Source of the DNA: Alphaproteobacteria bacterium | GTDB taxonomy: Bacteria > Pseudomonadota > Alphaproteobacteria > CBDDJK01 | DNA: 64,000 nucleotides | Direction: 5' to 3' | Assembly: GCA_965229675.1 (NCBI GenBank) | Contig: OZ245897.1 | Coordinates: 1,046,092 to 1,110,091 of the forward strand | Shown: positions 20,833 to 29,065 of the stretch, piece after piece | Numbering within the stretch: position 1 is the stretch's first letter | How the letters are laid out: the number at the start of each line of letters is the position of its first letter | Position numbers and translations under genes: made by a program | The notes under the pieces: model-generated | Told to the model about the DNA's origin: nothing | Databases searched by the model: none | The model's input: the letters and a program-made list of their open reading frames with translations, nothing else

Positions 20833-21590
20833 TCGTCGATAATCTTGTTGGAAGCTATCAAAGCGAAGATGGTTCGCTTAAACCCGCAATAGGCTCTTTA
20901 TCATTTACGCACCAAGCGGGTAGCTTTTTAACCATTGTTGGCCCTTCTGGTTGTGGAAAATCAACGCTTTTAAATCTAATTGGTGGCTTTATAAAAGCAG
21001 AATGCGGTAGCATCCATTTTAATAACAAACAGGTTATAGCCCCCTATTCTGGTTGTGGTATTGTTTTTCAACAGGGAGATTTATTTGATTGGCTTACCTT
21101 ACGCCAGAATATTGAATTTGGATTAAGAATGGGTGGCAAATCACGCGCTGAATATCGAAAATGTTCTGATGAATGGCTTGCTAAAATTGGGCTTCAACAT
21201 GCTGCCGATCAATTACCCCCAACCTTATCGGGGGGAATGGCGCAGCGTACTGCATTGGCACGGGCATTAGCAAATGATCCGGAAATTTTATTGCTGGACG
21301 AACCATTGGGGGCATTGGATGCTTTGACACGTGAATCCATGCAACAATTATTGCTTAGTTTATGGTTGGATAGCCGCAAAACAATGGTGATGGTCACCCA
21401 TAATATTGAGGAGGCTATTTTGCTTGGTCAAAGGGTATTAATCCTCTCCCCCTCTCCTGGTATTATCATTGGTGATCTTGAAATCCCATTTTCAGATGCA
21501 GAACGCGCTAATCCCACTATCCTTTATGCCAATCCTGATTTTATCGCCTTACGGCAGAAAATTTATGGTTTATTACATAGCAATTCATAA
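20823..21590 (+). CDS. ABC transporter ATP-binding protein (NitT/TauT-like family), orphan
   Basis: Walker A GPSGCGKST, signature LSGGMAQRTALARAL, Walker B LLLDEP. No adjacent permease. Confidence 0.8.
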   Translation: MALIVDNLVGSYQSEDGSLKPAIGSLSFTHQAGSFLTIVGPSGCGKSTLLNLIGGFIKAECGSIHFNNKQVIAPYSGCGIVFQQGDLFDWLTLRQNIEFGLRMGGKSRAEYRKCSDEWLAKIGLQHAADQLPPTLSGGMAQRTALARALANDPEILLLDEPLGALDALTRESMQQLLLSLWLDSRKTMVMVTHNIEEAILLGQRVLILSPSPGIIIGDLEIPFSDAERANPTILYANPDFIALRQKIYGLLHSNS

Positions 21591-21718
21591 AAAATCATTG
21601 CTAATTTACGATAAATGTTAAGAAATATTACATGAAAAAGATGGAAATTAAATAATTAGTCCGCTATAATCCTATTTGAATTTATTACAGGATTATTCGT
21701 TCGATTTAGGGGAAGCGT

Positions 21719-22024
21719 TTGATTAGAGTATTAATAAATATGATAATTGGTATAGGCCTAGTGTCTTTTGTTGCCAATGCAAATGCAGATGATTTGCTTT
21801 ATGGGGAATATCTTGCAGGCGAATGCACAAGTTGTCATAGTCCAAGTGCTGAAAACATCCCATCATTAGAAGGGATGGAGCCTGATTATTTTATTGAAGC
21901 CATGAAAGATTATGCTTCTGGTGAACGAGAGAATCAGGTAATGCAAAATGTGGCCTTATCGTTAGGAGAGGCAGAACTACGTGCGCTTGCTTTGTGGTTT
22001 AAAACGCAAGGAGAGCAAAATTAA
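21719..22024 (+). CDS. Small secreted cytochrome c-like protein (single CxxCH)
   Basis: Signal-peptide-like N-terminus, then GECTSCHS (CxxCH), with a downstream Met (NQVMQN) as a possible axial ligand. 101 aa. Confidence 0.45.
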   Translation: MIRVLINMIIGIGLVSFVANANADDLLYGEYLAGECTSCHSPSAENIPSLEGMEPDYFIEAMKDYASGERENQVMQNVALSLGEAELRALALWFKTQGEQN

Positions 22025-22073
22025 AATCAATAATTTTAAAGCTTTTTATTAAAAACCATCTTAGGAGAAAATA

Positions 22074-22583
22074 ATGCGGCCAATGATTGAAAATGCGTTG
22101 ATCGTTGCCTTATGGTTAGAAAATGAAAGTAAAAAAGACTGTTATCGTTTGCAACCCACGCATCTCCATCTTTTGCTTTATCAAGCACAAGTAATTTACA
22201 CCTTGGAAGCGCCAGGTTCCATGTTAATGCCCGCACAATTTGCTGCCTTTAAGGATGGCCCGCGTGAACCCACCCTTTATGCGATTATGAGTGAATTGCC
22301 TTATCTTGGTGATGCGCCACCTTTAACCGATGAGCCGCAAGCATTTTTAGATCGCTTTTGGTCAAAATTTGGGCATAAACAGGCTAAAACCCTATTAAAA
22401 GAAATTCATAATCATCCGCCATTTTCTAAAAGCCTTAAGCGCGGGGAAGGCTCAATCATTCCATTGGATACGATTATTGATTATAGCAAACAATATAAAC
22501 AGCGTAAGGATTTTATCAAAGTTGCCGATGGTCGCCATCTTATGCGATGGACACCACAACGCCATAAAGCGGCGCAACGATAA
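22074..22583 (+). CDS. Panacea-domain (DUF4065 / SocA-like antitoxin-type) protein
   Basis: The N-terminal half matches the DUF4065 pattern: ...HLHLLLYQAQVIYTLEAPGSMLMPAQFAAFKDGPREPTLY (K/H-L-x-K-L-L-Y-x-A-Q...W..GPV.P..Y). Confidence 0.55.
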   Translation: MRPMIENALIVALWLENESKKDCYRLQPTHLHLLLYQAQVIYTLEAPGSMLMPAQFAAFKDGPREPTLYAIMSELPYLGDAPPLTDEPQAFLDRFWSKFGHKQAKTLLKEIHNHPPFSKSLKRGEGSIIPLDTIIDYSKQYKQRKDFIKVADGRHLMRWTPQRHKAAQR

Positions 22584-22589
22584 AAATTT

Positions 22590-23780
22590 TCAGTCTTGAA
22601 CAGTTAATGTTTTTTGAAATAAGGCGAATATTGCCGCAATCAAAAGAATAATCCCACCTGCAATTAATCCAGTTGATAAATCCGCACTATAATCTGAAAG
22701 GTAACCTGCGCCGATTGGTCCTATCGTCTGGCCAATTGAAAAAGCGGTTGTATAAAGTGCAATTGCACCGCCCCATTGTGCCTTAGGTAGATTTTTCTTA
22801 CTAAATGCTGTTACTGCAGTTGGCGCAATAAGAAAAGATAGGCCAAATAAAATCGCCGAGACCATTACCCCAATCCATCCATAAAAAAATATGGGAAATA
22901 AGGTGCCAACTGCGGTTGCCAGCGAAGAAGCCGCCAAGGGAAACCCATTATTATAGCGTTGAAGCACATGCCGCCATAAGAAAGGGGCAATCATAACTGC
23001 CCCGCCGATTAATCCCCAGCATAGCACAACCATCGCCACAGGTGCGCCATTTTGTTGCAACCAAGCAATTACAAAAGTCATATAGATAATATAACCAATC
23101 GCGAAAATGAAATATCCCACTAAAGAGGGAAAAAGACGCCTTATTGGTAATCCAAATTGCGTAGATTGTGTTTGTTTTGCCGCAAAATAATTATAAAAAA
23201 ACAAACATAATAACGTTAAGCCTAGGCTGATTGAACCCAAAATAATCCATGCAGTTCCCCAAGCAGCATCACCAATAATTGCAAACATTGGGGGTAATAT
23301 CAGTGCGGTTGCTAGCATACCAGCCCCAACGCCACCAAAATAAATTGCAATGGCTAACGCATTTTTTAAAGCATGTTCTGACCAAAATGCCGCAGCAATC
23401 ACTGCCCCTGAAATAAATACAGCCGCACCGCCTATGCCAGATAATATTCGTGTTAAATTTAATAGGTAAAAATCATTGGTTAAACCTGAACCTAGTAATG
23501 AAAGCGAGGTTAATAGCATCCCAGCTAAAAATAATTTCACAGGTTGCACATGATAACTAAATAACAAAGCCAATACTGCGCCGATTAAATATCCAAGTGC
23601 GTTGGTTGTATTAATCCATCCTGCTAACGCATAAGTCCAGCCAAGCTCTGTTTTCATGGAAGGTAGGATCAAAGCATAGCCAAAGCGCGCAAAGCCATTA
23701 CCAACCGCAGGGCCAAGTGCCAGAATGATCAAAGGAATCCATGAACGCATTTTAAATTTTTTTAAGATAAACAGGAACAA
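22590..23780 (-). CDS. MFS-family transporter (probable efflux/export permease)
   Basis: 396 aa with about 12 predicted TM helices and glycine-rich loops typical of MFS. Transcribed divergently from the carrier-protein cluster together with the TetR gene. Confidence 0.7.
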   Translation of the reverse strand: MFLFILKKFKMRSWIPLIILALGPAVGNGFARFGYALILPSMKTELGWTYALAGWINTTNALGYLIGAVLALLFSYHVQPVKLFLAGMLLTSLSLLGSGLTNDFYLLNLTRILSGIGGAAVFISGAVIAAAFWSEHALKNALAIAIYFGGVGAGMLATALILPPMFAIIGDAAWGTAWIILGSISLGLTLLCLFFYNYFAAKQTQSTQFGLPIRRLFPSLVGYFIFAIGYIIYMTFVIAWLQQNGAPVAMVVLCWGLIGGAVMIAPFLWRHVLQRYNNGFPLAASSLATAVGTLFPIFFYGWIGVMVSAILFGLSFLIAPTAVTAFSKKNLPKAQWGGAIALYTTAFSIGQTIGPIGAGYLSDYSADLSTGLIAGGIILLIAAIFALFQKTLTVQD

Positions 23781-23795
23781 GAATATATTTGATTT

Positions 23796-24473
23796 TCAAG
23801 CATGATCAACAGTTTCAAAAGCGGTAGGTGCTTTAACAATCGAAAGCGCAGATTGAAGGGCATAATCAATTGGTTCAGGCGCTTGCTGAATATAAGATTC
23901 AATAATTGCGCCATCCCATAGCATAAGAATTTGTTGGGCTTTAACTTCGGCGTTTTTTGCGTTCATATATTGTAGAAGCGTTTGTTCAATTTCTCGTTTG
24001 ATCCATAATTTGTGATTACGGACAAGCTGATGCACTTCACTATCAGGATCGCTCACTTGAACGGCAGAATTCATAAACATACACCCCCTAAAATTATCTT
24101 CTTTTCTAAGGCAAAAAACAATATCAAATAAGGTTTCAATACCCAATACAGGATCATTTTTATCCTTAAAAGCTTCTTTGACCATTTCACGCCGCTTATT
24201 CAGATAACGTTCCAGCACCGCAATGGTTAAATCATGCTTATTTTTAAAAATATTATAAAGGGACATTCTGGATACATTTGCGGTTTCGATAATTTCTGTA
24301 ATTCCAACCGAAGGAATACCCTTTTGATACATTAATTTAGAGGCCGCATCAATTAACCGTTCCCTTGCCCCGCTTTGATGTTTGATAACCCTTTGATTTT
24401 TATCGTTAGGTGTATTTTGTTTAAGCGTATCTTTTTGATCAGCCTCATGCTTTTTCTTTTGTTTTTTCATCAT
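23796..24473 (-). CDS. TetR-family transcriptional regulator
   Basis: TetR_N HTH: RERLIDAASKLMYQKGIPSVGITEIIETANVSRMSLYNIFKNKHDL, with a Lys-rich N-terminal tail. Confidence 0.75.
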   Translation of the reverse strand: MMKKQKKKHEADQKDTLKQNTPNDKNQRVIKHQSGARERLIDAASKLMYQKGIPSVGITEIIETANVSRMSLYNIFKNKHDLTIAVLERYLNKRREMVKEAFKDKNDPVLGIETLFDIVFCLRKEDNFRGCMFMNSAVQVSDPDSEVHQLVRNHKLWIKREIEQTLLQYMNAKNAEVKAQQILMLWDGAIIESYIQQAPEPIDYALQSALSIVKAPTAFETVDHA

Positions 24474-24587
24474 TGCAGTTCCATAAAAATTACACCTAAT
24501 CCGTTTAAATAAAAAAAATATAGTTTTTTAGTAATTTGTTGTTTTTGGATGCTTGACTCCCATTAAGCAGACCGATATAAAATTAGG

Positions 24588-24603
24588 TAGACCGATCAGT
24601 CTA
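24588..24603. promoter_or_regulatory. Candidate TetR operator: imperfect palindrome TAGACCGATCAGTCTA, with an upstream direct half-site repeat AGACCGAT at 24569-24576
   Basis: A 16-bp inverted repeat with one mismatch lies in the 275-bp AT-rich divergent intergenic region between the TetR gene and the ACP-like gene. Confidence 0.3.
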
Positions 24604-24748
24604 ATTTTATTAATGACGCTAACTTTTGTCAAGTTAAGTTTTTATGTATTAAGCTGTTATTTAAATATTTTAACAATTTAATGTCTTAATTTGGCTAGTT
24701 GAAATTAAAAACGTTTAAAACTTTATTTATTGTGAAGAGAGCCCAACC

Positions 24749-25030
24749 ATGGACGATGCTATTAAAAAAATTCAATCCTATATTGAAGCAAAAAATCCAG
24801 AATATACTAATCTTTCTGTGAATACCGATATTATTGAAAATCGCTTGATCGACTCCCTCCAATTTGTCGAGTTTGTTCTATATATTGAAGAAGTTGCTGA
24901 AGTCACAATTGATATGGAACTTGCTGATATTGAAGATTTTCGTAGCCTTAATAACCTTACTGCTTTTATCGATCGCTTACGACAAGAAGAAAGCGCTACA
25001 GCCCCCACCCTAAGCGAGGTTGAAGCTTAA
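24749..25030 (+). CDS. Acyl/peptidyl carrier protein (PP-binding, ACP-like)
   Basis: 93 aa, acidic. RLIDSLQFVEFVLYIEE matches the ACP phosphopantetheine-attachment region (DSL, with Ser as the presumed 4'-PP site). Confidence 0.7.
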   Translation: MDDAIKKIQSYIEAKNPEYTNLSVNTDIIENRLIDSLQFVEFVLYIEEVAEVTIDMELADIEDFRSLNNLTAFIDRLRQEESATAPTLSEVEA

Positions 25031-25484
25031 AAAAATGCAATTTGCCGAGGATTATAAAAAGGGTGATATTTATTACTTGGGTAGTTATCAGCTTGAAGCA
25101 GAAGAAATGATTACATTTGCAACCCAATATGATCCACAACCTTACCATTTAAGCGAGGAAGAAGGTGCAAAATCTCCTTTTAATGGTCTGATTGCAAGCG
25201 GTTGGAATATTGCTGGTATATGGATGAAGCTTTATGTCACCCATATGCTGGACGGCGCGAAGGTTTTTGGCTCCCCAGGTGTGGACGAAGTTCGGTTTAA
25301 ACAACCTGTGCGCCCAGGTCAAATCCTAGAAGGTAAGGTTGAGATTTTAGACCGTTTGCCTTCTTTTTCAGATAAAAGCATTATGATCATCCGTAAATAT
25401 GGAACGTTGAGCGTTGCGGGCGATGACCGTCCTGTTTTCAGCCTTATTCTTAATAGTCGCTTTGCAAAAAGGACATATTACTGA
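25020..25484 (+). CDS. MaoC-like hot-dog fold protein (dehydratase/hydratase or thioesterase-like)
   Basis: 154 aa. It has the MaoC signature region FNGLIASGWNIAG...PVRPGQILEG. Confidence 0.65.
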   Translation: MKLKKMQFAEDYKKGDIYYLGSYQLEAEEMITFATQYDPQPYHLSEEEGAKSPFNGLIASGWNIAGIWMKLYVTHMLDGAKVFGSPGVDEVRFKQPVRPGQILEGKVEILDRLPSFSDKSIMIIRKYGTLSVAGDDRPVFSLILNSRFAKRTYY

Positions 25485-26350
25485 TGAAGGCTGTTTCTTA
25501 TACGGCACAATGGACTGCAGCAATCAGGGCGCGTGAAAGCACACTTGCCGAAGGGCGTTTGTTCAATGATCAGCTGGCAGAAGAGCTTGCACAACCAGAT
25601 GGTTTTCGCTTACTTGAAAAATATAAAGGTGGAGGTGTACAAGAATTTGTGATCATTCGTACCCGCTATTTCGATGACGCGATTCAGGCAGCATTAGATC
25701 ATGATCAATTTCGTCAGATTGTTTTTATTGCAGCTGGCATGGATACCAGAGCTTTTCGTCTAAACTGGCCAGATGGTGCAGTGCTTTATGAGATTGATCA
25801 TGAAGGTTTACTTGAAGAAAAGCAAAAACGCCTGTCAAAATTGGGGGCATCGCCAAACGTAAAACGGATTGAGGTCGCAGCCGATTTTTCACAGCCATGG
25901 ATTAATTCTCTTATCAATGCAGGCTTCTTACGTGATCAAAAAACTTTATGGGTTGCTGAAGGTTTATTATTTTTTCTTGAACAAAAGGAAGTTATCGACC
26001 TGCTTGAAGTAACGGGTGGGGCTTCTGCGCCTCATAGTCGATTGTTAACGGATATGAATAATAATATTTTGTTGCAAAGCCCGATGAGTCGATTTTTCAT
26101 GGAAACACTTAAAAGAGATGGGACACCATGGCGATTTGGTACCAATGCCCCCAGTGAATTTTTAGGCAGCCATCATTGGCAGGTGATTGAGCTTAAAGAG
26201 CCAGGGCAAACCAAGGCAGGGCTTACGCGATGGCCCTATGAAACCCACGATAGTGCAATAAAAAATGTGCCAAGAAGCTGGCTTATTCAAGCGCAGATTG
26301 ATCACAACCGAACATTATTTAATAATGAAAGAGAGGGTATATGCGCATAG
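25484..26350 (+). CDS. SAM-dependent methyltransferase of the LCM/TcmP (putative O-/carboxyl-methyltransferase) family
   Basis: TRYFDD...FIAAGMDTRAFRL...YEIDHEG...WVAEGLLFFL match the PF04072 Leu-carboxyl methyltransferase-like family. Confidence 0.7.
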   Translation: MKAVSYTAQWTAAIRARESTLAEGRLFNDQLAEELAQPDGFRLLEKYKGGGVQEFVIIRTRYFDDAIQAALDHDQFRQIVFIAAGMDTRAFRLNWPDGAVLYEIDHEGLLEEKQKRLSKLGASPNVKRIEVAADFSQPWINSLINAGFLRDQKTLWVAEGLLFFLEQKEVIDLLEVTGGASAPHSRLLTDMNNNILLQSPMSRFFMETLKRDGTPWRFGTNAPSEFLGSHHWQVIELKEPGQTKAGLTRWPYETHDSAIKNVPRSWLIQAQIDHNRTLFNNEREGICA

Positions 26351-27201
26351 TCGGAGGGTGGCTTGATGTTCAGCATCGCCTTGAAAAAACGCTTGATACT
26401 TTGTTTGAGCTACCCACGCATCAACATATTCACTTTGATTCCATTTTATCGATTGAGGAATTAGATAAGATTGATTATGCGCGTAACTTCCCGCATCTGA
26501 CTTGCCTTGGTTGCGCCTTGGCAGATAAAACCCATCAAGGGCTTTCGGATAATGAACTTAGCTTGAAATCCGCCGCCAGAATAGGAAATACAAGATTTGC
26601 GCTTTTACCAGCGACTTGTTTTAAAGTCTATCTTTCACTTGAAGGATTGGAGCTTAACCATAGCCATCATCTTGGCTGTAGTGCTTCATGTTTTCGCAAT
26701 GAAGACAAGGCGTTGGATGACTATCGTGGTCTTAATTTTACGATGAAAGAGTTTGTTTGCGTTGGTAATCAGATGGATGCAAAACGCCATATTGAACAAG
26801 GCATAGCACGCGTTAGTTTGTTATTTTAACGGCTTGGTATTCCGTTTAATATTGAAAATGCCATGGATCCTTTCTTTGATAATAAAGCTTCTCAGGCGAT
26901 TCTTTCAAAGCTTTCCCCAACAAAACGGGAATTCATATTTGATGGCCATGCCGTGGCTTCAGCGAACTTTCACCGCAATTTCTTTGGTGAAAAATTATCA
27001 ATTACCCTTAATGGTGAAGCAGTTAATACAAGCTGCGTTGCTTTTGGTATTGAACGATGGCTAGCAATGCTCCGCCAGATTTTTGTCAAACCAGAAAATG
27101 CGCTTTATGCCTTGAACGAATGTATGGTTGATTACCATATTGAAACCGTTCTTGGCACCTCTTCACGACAAGAAAAAGTTACAGAAGGAATAACAAAATG
27201 A
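26341..27201 (+). pseudogene. Class II aminoacyl-tRNA-synthetase (SerRS)-like amino acid:[carrier protein] ligase, interrupted by a single in-frame TAA at 26827-26829
   Basis: Both halves are in the same frame. The upstream half has SerRS motif 2 (SCFRNEDKALDDYRGLNFTMKEFVCVG, compare [26 protein letters not shown]). The downstream half has motif 3 (ITLNGEAVNTSCVAFGIERWLAML, compare TLNGSGLAVGRTLVA). There is no N-terminal tRNA-binding arm, and the total is about 285 aa. Confidence 0.6.
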
Positions 27202-28067
27202 TTGAAGCTAAACGGATGGATCGCCTGATTTCTCTTTCACATTCACATAAGGAATCATGTGATATTTACACACAGTTTGATTGGCCAGAAGCCCTTGCAG
27301 TTGATCGTTTGTGGTGCGATGAAGACCTGCTAACAACATATGACACAGAAATTCATGCACAATTAACCGATGAACAAAAATATCATTTAAGCAAGTGGGA
27401 GGCGATTAATTTTTGTAGCCTTAATGTTCATGGGATTAAAACGGTTTTGGAATTTGTTAGCCGCATTATCTATAGCCGCCGCTATGAACCCATTTCAGAA
27501 TATTTGCATTTATTTTTGTCCGAAGAAAATGATCATATGTGGTTTTTTGCAAAATTCTGTTTGATGTATGGTGGTAAGCTTTATCCTGCTTTCGCCTTTC
27601 CTGTTGGCAAGCCAAATAATCCTGTTGAAAATGACCTATATATGTTCGCAAGCACATTGATTTTTGAGGAGTTTGTCGATTTTTATAATCATCGTGTTGG
27701 CAAAAATAAGGAGGTTCACCCTGTTATTCAAGCGATTAATCATCACCACCACATTGATGAATCGCGTCATGTGTCTTTTGGCAGAGAGATTGTTAAAAGC
27801 CTATTTGATGAGCTATGTGAACAAAATGAAGACCCAGAACAACGGGAACGCATTAGCAAAACCGTTAAAGGGTTAATTGATCATTTTACGGGGCTAATGT
27901 ATAATGCCCGTGCTTATAAAGATGCAGATATTGCGCTTGGTTTAGGGTTTAAAACAGCGGCCGCCCTTCGTAATCACCTTCGTAATGATCAGCAACGCAT
28001 TCCCCATCATCATCGCTGGTTTAATCGTACTGAACGTTATTTTGAACGGATTGGACTATTTTCATAA
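27198..28067 (+). CDS. AurF-like diiron (ferritin-like) oxygenase / N-oxygenase family protein
   Basis: 289 aa with spaced carboxylate/His motifs EENDH, IFEEF...NH and IDESRH (E/DExxH), as in PF11583 p-aminobenzoate N-oxygenase AurF/CmlI. His-rich segments HHHH are also present. Confidence 0.55.
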   Translation: MIEAKRMDRLISLSHSHKESCDIYTQFDWPEALAVDRLWCDEDLLTTYDTEIHAQLTDEQKYHLSKWEAINFCSLNVHGIKTVLEFVSRIIYSRRYEPISEYLHLFLSEENDHMWFFAKFCLMYGGKLYPAFAFPVGKPNNPVENDLYMFASTLIFEEFVDFYNHRVGKNKEVHPVIQAINHHHHIDESRHVSFGREIVKSLFDELCEQNEDPEQRERISKTVKGLIDHFTGLMYNARAYKDADIALGLGFKTAAALRNHLRNDQQRIPHHHRWFNRTERYFERIGLFS

Positions 28068-28120
28068 AATAAGTTAGATTATGTGTGCGAAAGTTTTTCT
28101 GCACAAGGCATTAACGATTT

Positions 28121-28555
28121 ATGAAAATTACGATTGATAAAGTTTCGTCATCAGAAGCGTTTCAAAAATGTATGGATATCCGTATTGCCGTTTTTGTTGA
28201 AGAACAAAAGGTACCTATGGAAGAAGAAGTAGATGGAAAAGATAGTGCTTGCGATCATTATTTATTAAGCACTGATGATTCTCCCATTGGTACAGCACGG
28301 ATATTTTTAACAGGCAATATTGCTAAAATTGGACGGGTTGCGATAGTAAAAGATTATCGGGGAAAAGGATTGGGGCGTGCCTTAATGCAACATATGATTA
28401 CTGATATTCGCACAAACCATGAAATAGAAAAAATAAAATTAAGTTCGCAGACCTATGCCATCCCGTTTTATGAAGCGTTAGGATTTATGGTTTGCAGCGA
28501 TGAATATATGGACGCTAAAATTCCCCATAAGGATATGGAATTTATCATATGTTAA
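28121..28555 (+). CDS. GNAT-family N-acyltransferase
   Basis: 144 aa. The acetyl-CoA binding motif VAIVKDYRGKGLGRALM (Q/RxxGxG/A) is present. Confidence 0.7.
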   Translation: MKITIDKVSSSEAFQKCMDIRIAVFVEEQKVPMEEEVDGKDSACDHYLLSTDDSPIGTARIFLTGNIAKIGRVAIVKDYRGKGLGRALMQHMITDIRTNHEIEKIKLSSQTYAIPFYEALGFMVCSDEYMDAKIPHKDMEFIIC

Positions 28556-28558
28556 GCC

Positions 28559-29065
28559 TTAGAGGTAAGGATTTTCGATATTTTGCGCCTTTAATAAGCT
28601 TATTTCGATTGCTTCCATGCGTTCCGCCATTTCTGATGTTTGATGATCTTCGCCCATTAAGTGAAGCATTCCATGGATTAATAGGTGAATAAAATGATGA
28701 ATAGGTTGCTTTTGTTGCGCTTCGGCTTCTTCCATAATTCGGTCAAGGGAAAGAAATATATCCCCCAAACAAGCTAATTGATCGGGGGGAAGCATAAAAT
28801 CAGTTGGGGTGGGGAAGGATAACACATTGGTTGGTTTGTCTTTGTCCCGCCATTCATTATTTAGCGTTTGTAACAATTCATCATCTGCCAAGGTTAAATT
28901 GATCGAAAATTCAAGATGATCTGATAAAATTTGTGAATCTATTTTATGAAACCGATAATAAGTTTCAAACGCTTTGCCAAGAACAGGAACAGCTTGATTT
29001 TGCCAAGATTGCGGCCATTCGCCAGCTGCAATTTCTAGTTCAACGGTGAGTATTGGAATCGTCAT
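28559..29065 (-). CDS. ybeY: Endoribonuclease YbeY (rRNA maturation factor)
   Basis: Zinc motif HLLIHGMLHLMGEDH (HxxxHxxxxxH). I placed the start at the internal Met to limit the overlap with phoH. Confidence 0.8.
   Translation of the reverse strand: MTIPILTVELEIAAGEWPQSWQNQAVPVLGKAFETYYRFHKIDSQILSDHLEFSINLTLADDELLQTLNNEWRDKDKPTNVLSFPTPTDFMLPPDQLACLGDIFLSLDRIMEEAEAQQKQPIHHFIHLLIHGMLHLMGEDHQTSEMAERMEAIEISLLKAQNIENPYL

Noticed and set aside
21719-22024. Small signal-peptide CxxCH protein as the toxin partner of the Panacea-domain protein
   Set aside because: The single CxxCH with a downstream Met and a c-type-like C-terminus fits a small cytochrome c better than any known toxin fold. It is kept as a low-confidence cytochrome c annotation and flagged only as context.
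26834-27064. 76-aa ORF in an alternative frame bridging the two halves of the aa:CP ligase
   Set aside because: The SerRS motif 3 alignment (TLNG...GIERW) is in the same frame as the upstream half, not in this frame, and this frame gives a hydrophobic nonsense translation.
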